From the NCBI GenBank assembly GCA_034420695.1, contig DAOULB010000002.1, positions 7,817 to 71,816 of the forward strand: 64,000 bases of DNA, given 5' to 3'. The stretch is from Dehalococcoidia bacterium (GTDB lineage: Bacteria; Chloroflexota; Dehalococcoidia; Lucifugimonadales; UBA3495). The position numbers and the translations under genes are program-made. This document shows positions 1-8,570 of the stretch, one piece after another (position 1 is the stretch's first letter; each line of letters begins with the position of its first letter). The notes under the pieces are model-generated. The model made no database searches. It was not told where the DNA came from and worked only from the letters and a program-made list of their open reading frames with translations.

Positions 1-1459
1 ACTTTATCACGTTGACCTTGGCAGTCTGCCCCATCCTGTGGCTTCGGTCCTCGGCCTGTCGCTCCACCGCAGGGTTCCACCAACGGTCCAGATGGAAAAC
101 GTACGAAGCCTCCTGCAGGTTCAGGCCCAGACCGCCGGCACGGAGAGAAATGATCAGCGCTTGATGAGCGCCATTGGCTCTGAAGCGCTCAATGATCGAT
201 GGTCTGTCCTGGATGGGCACGTCTCCAGTGATCACCAAGGGGTTGAATTCACGCAGATGGTTTGCCGCCGCCGCCACTCCGGCAGTGTCGCTGGTGTACT
301 GGGAGAAGACCAGTGCTTTATGATCCTGCCGAACTAGTAGCTCCAATCTTTCCCTGATGTCGTCCAACTTGCTGGACTCGCCGTTCACGGGATCGGCGTT
401 ACATATCTGCTTCAGCCGCGTGATCAATTCCAGCACGTGCTGGATGGTTATATCCCTTCCCAGCGACCGGAGGTATACAACCCCTTCCCGTTCGGCCTTG
501 TCATAGCTCACTCGCTGACCGGCGTGCAGTTCGATTGGCAGCAGGGTAACCTGCTTATCGGGCAGGTCTTTCAACACATCGCCCTTTTTGCGCCGTAACT
601 GGAGCTGGCGGTGCCGGTTCAATAGTTCTGGGCCGGGTTGGTAACGCTTTGACTGTCCACCCTGGTCGTGGTCTACGAACTCCAAGATAGAAGCCAGCTC
701 TTCTTCATGATTCTCTATGGGAGGTCCAGTCAGCGCCCATGAACGGACGCGATTGAGCCCCTTGAGGGACCTGCTGGTATCGTTGCGGTTCTTGATACGT
801 TGCGCCTCATCGGCCACGACTACGTCCCAAACCTTGCGCCTTAACGGAGCATGGACGTTGCCTTCGAAATCCGAGCGAAGGGTCTCATAGCTCGCCAGAG
901 TCACGTCCGTTTCCGCCCGCCACTGCCATCCCCGGTCAGATGCTGAGCCCCGAACGATGATCGCGGAGAGTTCCGGCGCCCACTTGCGAAGCTCTCCACG
1001 CCATTGGTCCAGCAAGCTGGCCGGCGCCGCGACCAACGCGGAGCGGATGTCGCCGCGGTGCCGCAGAATGCGCAGGGCGGCGATTACCTGCAGCGTCTTT
1101 CCCAGTCCCATATCGTCCGCCAGAAGAAGGCGGTCACTGCCCATCAGGGCTTGCACACCGTCCTCTTGGAACGACATCAGCGCCCCAGGCCACTCCAGGC
1201 TTGCTTCCGATTGCACCTCCATGCCGAGTGGAGACAACACCTTGAGCAATCTGCTGGGCAGGTCAGAGCCTAGTTGGTGTTCACGGGCGCCACGCGACTG
1301 GTGTGTTTGCTCAGATGGACCATACATCCCACCCCACGACGTCTGCTCAAAGACGACTTGGACCGCCTGTTCAGGCGGTGCTGGAACGGGCACCGCCAGG
1401 AATTTCACTTCCTCGACAGAAAGTCTACTATCGGTGGTTGGGTTAGAATCTCTCAGCAA
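1..1459 (-). CDS. SNF2-family (SWI2/SNF2) helicase/ATPase. The C-terminus runs off the left edge; about 486 codons lie in the window.
   Basis: Absent from the ORF track because it is edge-truncated. My reverse-complement translation is open from 1459 down to 2. It gives LLLADDMGLGKT (motif I, 1091-1129), VVADEAQRIKN (motif II, 788-820), ALVFSQ...LRAGGLGLNLQ (motifs IV/V) and QAEDRSHRMGQ (motif VI, 26-58). The start is uncertain: TTG 1459 (12 nt after the upstream stop), GTG 1408, or an internal ATG. Confidence 0.9.
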   Translation of the reverse strand, partial: MLRDSNPTTDSRLSVEEVKFLAVPVPAPPEQAVQVVFEQTSWGGMYGPSEQTHQSRGAREHQLGSDLPSRLLKVLSPLGMEVQSEASLEWPGALMSFQEDGVQALMGSDRLLLADDMGLGKTLQVIAALRILRHRGDIRSALVAAPASLLDQWRGELRKWAPELSAIIVRGSASDRGWQWRAETDVTLASYETLRSDFEGNVHAPLRRKVWDVVVADEAQRIKNRNDTSRSLKGLNRVRSWALTGPPIENHEEELASILEFVDHDQGGQSKRYQPGPELLNRHRQLQLRRKKGDVLKDLPDKQVTLLPIELHAGQRVSYDKAEREGVVYLRSLGRDITIQHVLELITRLKQICNADPVNGESSKLDDIRERLELLVRQDHKALVFSQYTSDTAGVAAAANHLREFNPLVITGDVPIQDRPSIIERFRANGAHQALIISLRAGGLGLNLQEASYVFHLDRWWNPAVERQAEDRSHRMGQTAKVNVIK

Positions 1460-1471
1460 AGGACAGTTCTT

Positions 1472-2014
1472 TCAGTGCCCATCGTAGGCTTCGGCAATAC
1501 CCGCAGCTACCCTGTTGAACGGCTCCAACGGGTCCGTACGTTCCGCCAATTCTTCCAACAGCCGCCGGGCTATCGTATCTTCAGCGGGTGGAGGGGTGCT
1601 CCAAACCAGGAATAGAGTTGGTCCGAGTTGTTCGATCTCCTCCGACGCTCCCCTCCTCGGAGCGGGGTCGGTGGATACCCGGCAAACCGGGATATCGATT
1701 TTGATTTCCCCGGAAAAAGCCAAGGGCGGAATCTCGTCGACCAGCCCCAGGACGACATCAGGAGTGCGGCTTATGGACCGGAACAGCTCTCGAATCAGGG
1801 CCACAACGGCAGTCCTGTGCGCTTGTCCATCCTCCCAAAGCACGGAATCGGCTACATCCACGCGGGTGAAACAGAACTCGAGAGGGAATTGCAGAGCCGA
1901 TGTCGCAAATAGCGCCGCCCGGATTCCCTTTCCTTGATCCTCATCCAGGAGTCTCAGGAATCCGATCACGCCGGGTGGTGCGCCGTTCCTGGCACTATCG
2001 AACGGAATTGGCAT
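1472..2014 (-). CDS. hypothetical protein, 180 aa, no motif recognised
   Basis: ATG-initiated ORF in the track. It is co-directional, 32 nt downstream of the ATPase gene and 12 nt upstream of the SNF2 gene. Its composition is balanced, unlike the Arg/Pro/Gly-rich antisense ORFs. Confidence 0.6.
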   Translation of the reverse strand: MPIPFDSARNGAPPGVIGFLRLLDEDQGKGIRAALFATSALQFPLEFCFTRVDVADSVLWEDGQAHRTAVVALIRELFRSISRTPDVVLGLVDEIPPLAFSGEIKIDIPVCRVSTDPAPRRGASEEIEQLGPTLFLVWSTPPPAEDTIARRLLEELAERTDPLEPFNRVAAGIAEAYDGH

Positions 2015-2046
2015 CCCGACTCACCGAGGCGACCCACTAAAGCCGC

Positions 2047-3330
2047 CTATTCTTCTTCGCCCTCTCCGTCTTTGGACCGGGTCTCTAGGTCGGAGATCTC
2101 AACGTATTGGTGCGTGAACTCTCTCCCTTCGGTTTCCGGTCTGGAGTCTGGGTATAGCCTCAGCAGGTCCCATTCGTTGATGGCTGACCTGATCCTGTAC
2201 CGCATCCGTTGTTGATAGCCAACTGCTGCGGCTTTGGTTTCGAGTGGGGGAGCGTCCCAACCATATGCCCTGCTGTATATGTGCCGCAAAGTATTCAGCG
2301 TGTGGTACACGTCTGCTTCATCCGGGGCGCTCAGCGGTGTACATTGGCGTTCAAGCAGCCTCATAGCCGTTTCGGCCCTCGCAGCCCCGCCGTCGTCGCC
2401 GCGAGCGCGCAGTCTCTGTCCAGCATAGTCGCGGTCCTTCTTGCTGCTGGGCTCAGGCGATATATTCGCGAGGGCGTAGTCCGCAGTGACGGTTCCGACT
2501 ACCACTAGGCCGGGGTATGCCTCTCCCGAGGCCTGTCCAAGCCAACGGGCCAACTCGGCATAGGAGCGGGCACGTTGCAACAGGCTGTACTGACCAACAA
2601 GTTCGATTTCGTCCAGCAGGATGACCCAGCCCCGGTACCCCGCACCTTTGATCAGTTCCGTGGCGAACCGGAGTCGTTGCGGGGGCAGGTCCGCCTCCCT
2701 GGGAGCCCGGAAGGAATAACTCTGCAACTGACCGATTTGTTTCAGTCCGTTCTTAATATCGCTCACCCTGATTCTCTCCCCGGCCCAGAACGACTCGATG
2801 GTGCGGTTCAGCTCCAACTCGTTCGACCGTTCATGCACTAGGAGGCTCGCCGGAAAAAGGGGGTGAACGCTGCTGGAGGGGGAGTTGGCCCAGATGAAGA
2901 GGTTGGAGTATTCGTCTGAATGGTAGTTGAGCTGTAGCCCGACTTCCTCGATTAGTGTGCCGGTACGGTTCACGATTTTACCATTGTCCATCGCCGACTT
3001 GAAAACCTTGCCCAGATCATAAAGGGGAGTTTCCTTGCTGATGGCCACCTTGCTGCACACGAATCCCTGCGAGAGAGCCATGTGTTCAAAGTGCGCGAGC
3101 AAGTGGGATTTTCCAGTTCCGAAATCCCCCGAAACCAACATTCCCAGGGCACCAGCAGGCGGGGCAGCAGTATCTGACGCTCGCCTCAGCAAATCCTGGA
3201 ATTGACTCTCGGCCTGCGGTTGAGTACAGCCAAGCAGTTGTACCGCCTCCCGGTTGGGAACGCCGTTTCGGAGCGCCTCCAATGCTCGCCGGCAAGCTAG
3301 GACGGAGTGTTCGTTTTTTGACTCAGTCAT
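2047..3330 (-). CDS. P-loop NTPase, BrxD/DUF2791-like (427 aa)
   Basis: Walker A GDFGTGKS (aa 68-75). Walker B-like GYRGWVILLDEIEL. The N-terminal RRALEALRNGVPNREAVQLLG segment matches my recollection of DUF2791/BrxD N-termini. GAGGA lies upstream of the ATG, and there is a 16-nt gap to the upstream gene. Confidence 0.75.
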   Translation of the reverse strand: MTESKNEHSVLACRRALEALRNGVPNREAVQLLGCTQPQAESQFQDLLRRASDTAAPPAGALGMLVSGDFGTGKSHLLAHFEHMALSQGFVCSKVAISKETPLYDLGKVFKSAMDNGKIVNRTGTLIEEVGLQLNYHSDEYSNLFIWANSPSSSVHPLFPASLLVHERSNELELNRTIESFWAGERIRVSDIKNGLKQIGQLQSYSFRAPREADLPPQRLRFATELIKGAGYRGWVILLDEIELVGQYSLLQRARSYAELARWLGQASGEAYPGLVVVGTVTADYALANISPEPSSKKDRDYAGQRLRARGDDGGAARAETAMRLLERQCTPLSAPDEADVYHTLNTLRHIYSRAYGWDAPPLETKAAAVGYQQRMRYRIRSAINEWDLLRLYPDSRPETEGREFTHQYVEISDLETRSKDGEGEEE

Positions 3331-3346
3331 GTAAACGGGTTCCTCG

Positions 3347-4312
3347 CTAAGATAGCCTGACCAGGGACGCCACCGGGTTGACTAGGTTGCGGTCCCGCAC
3401 ATCATCTATCACTCTGGTCATCAGGGCTTGGTAGATACCGAATCCCCGGCTCCCGGCCCCAGCCTCCTCTTCGAGAAATTCGGGGGAGGTAACTACTACC
3501 AGGAGGGTTGCAATGAGTCGGTCGGTGGTGTCGACGAATTCCCTCAGCAATTCATAGTGTTCCAGCACCATGGCCTTGGTGTAGTACCGCAAACCGTCCC
3601 TGGGGTTACGGGCCAACGTAACCCTGGAGTTGTCCAGCAAGATGATGGTGCCGGAGTAACCCACATGGTGGAGCCAGAACAGGGCAGATTCCATGAAGTG
3701 ACGCGCCGTGGTGCGGTTGATGGAGGTAAATATCGAAAACGGTCTCACACTGCTGATTCTGGTGTTGCTGCCTGTCAGCCAGTCGATTATTGGTTGGCCT
3801 CCATAGGTTTCGCCTGCTCTCGCATCTTCTTCGAGGCAGAGTTGAGTCATGGCGACCCTGAAGTCTCTCGCCATAAGAGGTTCACGATATACTCGTTCTT
3901 GGATTTGTGGACGCAGGTTGCTCAGCACAAACTGAGGCTCCAGCCCGTTGATCGCAGCGATTGACTCGAACACATTGCTATCTGCTAGAGGGTCAATGCC
4001 ATCTACTACGTAGGCTCTGTCATGGGCCAGCTTGAGGATCATTTTCCGCGCCGTCACACGCCAGTCGACCGACGAAGCTAGGCCTTGAAACAAATCCTGC
4101 GGCATGTGGGCCCGCCTGGAAGCCGCGTCGAGGGACACCAGTACCATTCCATTCCCCGCGTACCGTTCCCGTATTGCCGAATGCAAATCGACCTTCAATT
4201 CATCGGATGCCACCGCGAACTTGACCGAAGCACCTCCATTCGGCACGAACGATGACAAATACTCGGATTCCATGACTTCCAGCCAGTCGCCGAGGGGAAT
4301 CGTGTTTGCCAT
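3347..4312 (-). CDS. Paralogue of the adjacent ATPase lacking Walker A (321 aa); probable inactive ATPase-fold partner
   Basis: GGASVKFAVASDELKV occupies the P-loop position, with no GxxGxGK[ST]. GYSGTIILLDNSRV aligns with GYRGWVILLDEIEL of the 427-aa protein (DE changed to DN). The start codon overlaps the upstream stop by 1 nt (TGATG at 4310-4314). Confidence 0.65.
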   Translation of the reverse strand: MANTIPLGDWLEVMESEYLSSFVPNGGASVKFAVASDELKVDLHSAIRERYAGNGMVLVSLDAASRRAHMPQDLFQGLASSVDWRVTARKMILKLAHDRAYVVDGIDPLADSNVFESIAAINGLEPQFVLSNLRPQIQERVYREPLMARDFRVAMTQLCLEEDARAGETYGGQPIIDWLTGSNTRISSVRPFSIFTSINRTTARHFMESALFWLHHVGYSGTIILLDNSRVTLARNPRDGLRYYTKAMVLEHYELLREFVDTTDRLIATLLVVVTSPEFLEEEAGAGSRGFGIYQALMTRVIDDVRDRNLVNPVASLVRLS

Positions 4313-5112
4313 CAGCCTCCTCCGGAGAACTGAATACCGTAATAGGTTACGACTTGTCCATCGGGGGCCACAAAGGAGAATACGCCCGAGCTGCCGCGGG
4401 TTCCGGAAGACGCAGGGAATGACACCTGCAGGCCGCGACTTGTGGTTCTTGGGCCGTCCCGGTCCAACAGGTACAGATCCCGGGTGAAGTCGGTCCGGTT
4501 GTATTCTAGGTGGCTGCCTGGCAGTGAAGTGAACAACCGGTACACCCGCTCCAGTTGCGCCACCCTTCCTTGCTGGCCTACCGGCGTACGGCTTGAGCCT
4601 TCCTCCCGGGTAATCTCGGAGTAGACTTGGTACAATGCTTCGAGGAACTGGCTGGCTCGGAAGCGGGCGGGCTTGTTCTGGTTCTGGAGGAGAATGTCCG
4701 CGAGACGGGTCGGACGAATGGTGGAAACTTGCTTCCGATCTATCCTGACCGCACGGGAAGACGGCAAGACTCTGACCACTGACGGGTGTGCGACTATTCG
4801 TCCGTCGCGTTCGTATATGTCAAGGCCTCTCTCGGCAGCCACAGCGCGCAGTTCTTGACCATAGCCATCGCTGAGATACTGCTGCTCCTGGTCCTCTCCA
4901 AAGGGCCAGGATTCCACAGAGTTTGCAACCTCTTGACGCAGTGCGTCGATGGCATCGCTCATGCCTCTTTGGGCCCGCTTCACGGCTGCGATGTTGCCTT
5001 CCTTCGCCGCCTTTTCCAGGGCCCGGGCCAGCCTGGTCAAGTCGGTCGCCGATTTGGCGGTAGACGCGGCTGCCTTTTCCGTGTCACTGAAAGCTTGTTC
5101 GAAACTTACCAT
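4312..5112 (-). CDS. hypothetical protein, 266 aa; Ala/Lys-rich helical N-terminus and Gly/Ser-rich C-terminal tail
   Basis: First ORF of the operon. ATG at 5110-5112 is preceded by AAGAGGATGGGG. It is translationally coupled to the next gene. No catalytic motif recognised. Confidence 0.6.
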   Translation of the reverse strand: MVSFEQAFSDTEKAAASTAKSATDLTRLARALEKAAKEGNIAAVKRAQRGMSDAIDALRQEVANSVESWPFGEDQEQQYLSDGYGQELRAVAAERGLDIYERDGRIVAHPSVVRVLPSSRAVRIDRKQVSTIRPTRLADILLQNQNKPARFRASQFLEALYQVYSEITREEGSSRTPVGQQGRVAQLERVYRLFTSLPGSHLEYNRTDFTRDLYLLDRDGPRTTSRGLQVSFPASSGTRGSSGVFSFVAPDGQVVTYYGIQFSGGG

Positions 5113-5237
5113 TCCCCATCCTCTTTCACGGATCCATCACCGGCGCATTTTACTAAACCGGTCTTACTGATCAGACCTCAGGTTCCTCCGCGACAGCCCA
5201 AACTCATCCGTGTGCTCAACCCCCCAGGTCTTACCTC

Positions 5238-5261
5238 ATTATATTCAGCTAATGAATTCAT
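5238..5261 (-). promoter_or_regulatory. Candidate -10 element plus palindromic operator-like site upstream of the five-gene operon
   Basis: TATAAT on the minus strand at 5238-5243. A perfect 10-bp palindrome ATGAATTCAT lies at 5252-5261. Both sit in the only AT-rich patch upstream of the ATG at 5112. No convincing -35 element. Confidence 0.25.
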
Positions 5262-6164
5262 AGAAAGAGCAGGACGGGTCAGCGGGTGGTGTCGGCCCCT
5301 CGGGTGACTGCTCACCCTTCGGCCTCCGGGTTGGGAGGCGAATCATGGAGTGCCGCTGGTGGGCATTCTCCATCTGGGGCTTCCGGTGTAGGTCCGCGCC
5401 GTTACGCTTGCCGCCGCAGGTGGGAGCGCGCGATGATCCTGGCCAAGACGCGCAGCCCGTCGCGCATGGTTTTCCGGTGCAGGCCGGCAACATGGCCCCC
5501 GCATTGATGCCCGTGCCAGTCTTCCGTCGGTTGTTATGGTAGTTCTTTCGCACCCTGACCCTCCTCCGGTCGCCGGCGACCGGCTGTCGCCGGAACGTGT
5601 TCTGCCGTCCGGTGTGATGAACGGTACTACCGGATGTAATCCCTTATGGGGTAGTTCACTCGTGGACCAGGGTTCATGCGTGAACTCCTTTTCAGGGTTT
5701 GAGATGCCACGCTCCGGTGATGACGTCGTAGAGGTGTGCAGGGATCTGGACTTTGGGTGCGATGGGGTAGAGAGCCGGTGTCGTAGCTGAAGACGGGGAA
5801 TTTCAGGGTTTTGAGCCAATTTCAGGCAGCACTTTCCGGGAAGGGCCGGTCCCAGGGTCATGGGGCGGGGACAGCTACGGAATGGGGCATTTTGCCCCGT
5901 GAGGAAACGTCTGGACCGATGATTCCTCCGGGAGGGCCGGGAGACGGATTTCTCAGCCCTGGGGCAGCCGGGCGTGGGCGGGTATCTCTAGCGGCAGGAC
6001 GCCTGGGGGGTCGCGCAAGCCCCCCCCTCAGGGCTGGGGATTTTCTGCTTACGGGTGGAGGTCATAGACGTGTACAGGAATCTGGATTTCGACGGCATCG
6101 GTGAAAGCAGGGGGATTCGCAACTGAAACGGGGGTTCCGTTTGCTTGTAGGCGGTATCCACATA

Positions 6165-7244
6165 CTAGCGGCTTTTCATCTGACGGGCGAACCGTCTCAC
6201 TTCCATCGGCATCCCGGCTGAGACCTTCTGCTTGTGCGGCCTGGGTTTTGGCTTCTGGCCCGCCCTACTCTTGGGTGCCGGTGGAACGTACACCCGCGGG
6301 CACGGGCGTTCCGGCGTTGCCGCAGCGGGAATCTCGGTTCCCTCTGGAATGTTTTTCCGGCCCGTGACGGCCGTGCCTACTTTTTGGGAGACTCTTCCCT
6401 TCACCACATCCGCCCGTTCCGTGAAAGGCGGGGTGACCTTTGCTGCTTTGGCTGGGGGTCTGTCTCCCAGCGATTCATGCTCCCGGAAGAGGTTGTAGTT
6501 CAGCACCCATCCGTCAAGGTAGAGCTGGCCGCTTTCCTTGCCGTCCAGGCCGCGCAGGGTCTTGGTGCGTTGCCTGAAAGTTCCCTGAACTCGGTCTGAC
6601 AGGTTGTTGTTCTCTCTGTTCCTGATGCCTTCCGACTGCTGGTGCTTGGCGTCGGGAAACACCTTCTTGACGGCGGGGGTGTAGTACCGGAGTTTGTCGG
6701 TCATGACGGTCTTGGGAGGGTCTGCCGATGCTGCCAGAGCTTTCCTGAGGACGGTTTCCGCTGCCCTGGCGTTGCGCTCCTTGGACAGATGGGAGGCCAG
6801 GAGGTAGCGGGTGCCTTCATCCATGACGTTCCAATTCCAGTTTTTCTCCCCGCCAACGTCCAGTTGCCTTTCGTCCACGACCCAATTGCCGCTGGTGTGC
6901 GCCGGGTAGTCCTTCATCACCTTCAAGGCGTCTTGGGTGTACTCCTTCACCCACTCGTAGATGGTTGCCTTGGAAAGTTCGGGAATGTCGAACATGTCCC
7001 GCATGCCCTCGGCGATTTGCTTGTAGGACATGCCGTTGTAAAACATCCGCAGCGCCGAGCAGACCGGCGCGGCGGGAACCCTCCGGCCCAGGCCTTTGCC
7101 GTTTGCCCGGAAGCGGGTGTTGCAAGCATGGCAGAGGTAGCGTTGCTCGCCGGACTGGGTGCCAGACTTAATCACCTTGCCTGACTCGCACACAGGGCAG
7201 TTGAAGGTCTCGGTGGTCGTGACGGTCTCGGTGAACTTAGCCAT
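6165..7244 (-). CDS. IS6-like DDE transposase with an N-terminal CxxC...CxxC zinc finger (359 aa)
   Basis: CPVCESGKV...CHACNTRF zinc finger. NWVVDERQLDVGG...WNVMDEGTRYLL, TVMTDKLRYYTPAV and NNNLSDRVQGTFRQRTK follow the IS6/IS26-type DDE core layout. I could not identify terminal inverted repeats. Confidence 0.7.
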   Translation of the reverse strand: MAKFTETVTTTETFNCPVCESGKVIKSGTQSGEQRYLCHACNTRFRANGKGLGRRVPAAPVCSALRMFYNGMSYKQIAEGMRDMFDIPELSKATIYEWVKEYTQDALKVMKDYPAHTSGNWVVDERQLDVGGEKNWNWNVMDEGTRYLLASHLSKERNARAAETVLRKALAASADPPKTVMTDKLRYYTPAVKKVFPDAKHQQSEGIRNRENNNLSDRVQGTFRQRTKTLRGLDGKESGQLYLDGWVLNYNLFREHESLGDRPPAKAAKVTPPFTERADVVKGRVSQKVGTAVTGRKNIPEGTEIPAAATPERPCPRVYVPPAPKSRAGQKPKPRPHKQKVSAGMPMEVRRFARQMKSR

Positions 7245-7679
7245 CTTGTTCGGAGCGCTCCTGCTACCGGTCCTCCAGTTGCGCTTGCAGTCGCCGGATT
7301 TGCTCTTCCTGCTCCCTGAGGTTGGAGCTGAATTGCCGCCCCTTGGCGCGGTCAGAATAGTACACCATCACCCACGGTGCTATGCCGAAGAATCCTAGGA
7401 ACCCCACAAAGCCCAGTGTCTGCGTTACCAAATCGGGCCTGGTTCTATGCCGAGATAGGGGAGCAAGGGGGCAACGAAGGTCTTGTAAATCATGTTGCAG
7501 CCCCATGCCATCACTCCCAGCCCCGCAAGGAAGGCCATGACCGTCGTGAAGGGACGGCCCAAAGGCCCCAAGCGTTCCTCTATCACCTTGACCAACCCCG
7601 GCAGTAGTTCTTAGTCCATCCGGGCGCTCTCCCCGTATCATAAGGAAAGGGAATTATATGCGATTCTACCCAAACCCCT

Positions 7680-8129
7680 CTAAACGAGAAGGTCACTGAT
7701 GTCCTCAACACCGGGTTGCTTTACCGTGTCGGGCGTCCAAATCAAAATGTGGCCATTGACGTACCCTCGGTACGGTGCGAGCTTCGGGAACACCTTGTGG
7801 GGAATCTTTAGAGCCTGTCTCACCGAATAATCCCCGGCGAACACCACTGCGACCACATAATCGAATCCGTGCTCTTCAAGTTTCCTTACCGTGCTGAATT
7901 GGACCGACTGAGCGTTCGAGCATCTACCCTTGATCTGATACTTGATGCCTTGAGTGTCTATGCCGTCAAATGCAGCCTTAGAGTTGGCTTGTCTCTCTAG
8001 CCCCAAGCGACCACATACCAGCCACTCGGTGTAGTCTCCGATGGGATGGTTATTCGTGTTGACTACACCCTTTAGGCGCAGTGCGTCGATAACCGCTTGA
8101 TGGGTTCTGAGCAACTCGATCGCTGACAT
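7680..8129 (-). CDS. Small stand-alone PD-(D/E)xK-like protein (about 149 aa from ATG 8129; the track uses GTG 8150)
   Basis: HPIGDYTEWLVCGRLGLERQANSKAAFDGIDTQGIKYQIKGR has the pattern 'D ... QIK' after a helical N-terminus. I recall this pattern from small restriction-endonuclease-fold proteins. The start codon choice is uncertain. Confidence 0.5.
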   Translation of the reverse strand: MSAIELLRTHQAVIDALRLKGVVNTNNHPIGDYTEWLVCGRLGLERQANSKAAFDGIDTQGIKYQIKGRCSNAQSVQFSTVRKLEEHGFDYVVAVVFAGDYSVRQALKIPHKVFPKLAPYRGYVNGHILIWTPDTVKQPGVEDISDLLV

Positions 8130-8324
8130 TGCTTGCAAATTCAAGAACACCTTCCGCTCCCCAAAAGACTTGGAACAAGTACCCCAATCCCAGCCCTAAG
8201 CGTTACGCCGTGCAGCGGGATGCTTTCTCAGATAGTCTTAGGATGCTAACCTGGGGTAACGCCTACAAGCAAACGGCACCCTCAGTCTGCTGTGACGGCA
8301 CGGCGAGAACTGCCTTGCTGGGGG

Positions 8325-8567
8325 ATGTGGAATGCCGACAGTGGCGATAGAAGGGCAGTTCGCTTCGTGGTCAGTACGAGGGAGAATGCCTTCGAGCCAC
8401 CCCATGTCCATGTTTGGGTCGGTAAAGGAGATGTCTGCCGGATCGAATTATACGGCGGAACATATATAGATACCCCTCCTCCCGGTAACTTCAGGGACAT
8501 CTTGCGGGCTTATACTCGATATGCGGTAGAGATCAGGGCGACGTGGGACGCAATTCACGGGAGGTAG
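8325..8567 (+). CDS. DUF4160-like protein, possibly frameshifted at its 5' end
   Basis: RFVVSTRENAFEPPHVHVWVGKGDVCRIEL matches the RFFFY..E..EPPHVHV core of DUF4160 proteins. A canonical-looking MPTVAIEGQF N-terminus starts at 8332 in a different frame (see findings). Confidence 0.55.
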   Translation: MWNADSGDRRAVRFVVSTRENAFEPPHVHVWVGKGDVCRIELYGGTYIDTPPPGNFRDILRAYTRYAVEIRATWDAIHGR

Positions 8568-8570
8568 CCA

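Noticed and set aside
5343-5861. 172-aa minus-strand ORF, and other 60-100-aa ORFs between 5245 and 6367
   Set aside because: They are Ser/Pro/Arg/Thr-rich, overlap one another in several frames and have no RBS. The region is better explained as degraded mobile-element DNA.
6040-7680. Terminal inverted repeats and target-site duplication of the IS6-like element
   Set aside because: I compared the sequences flanking both ends by eye and found no convincing inverted repeat. The element's boundaries are therefore not reported.
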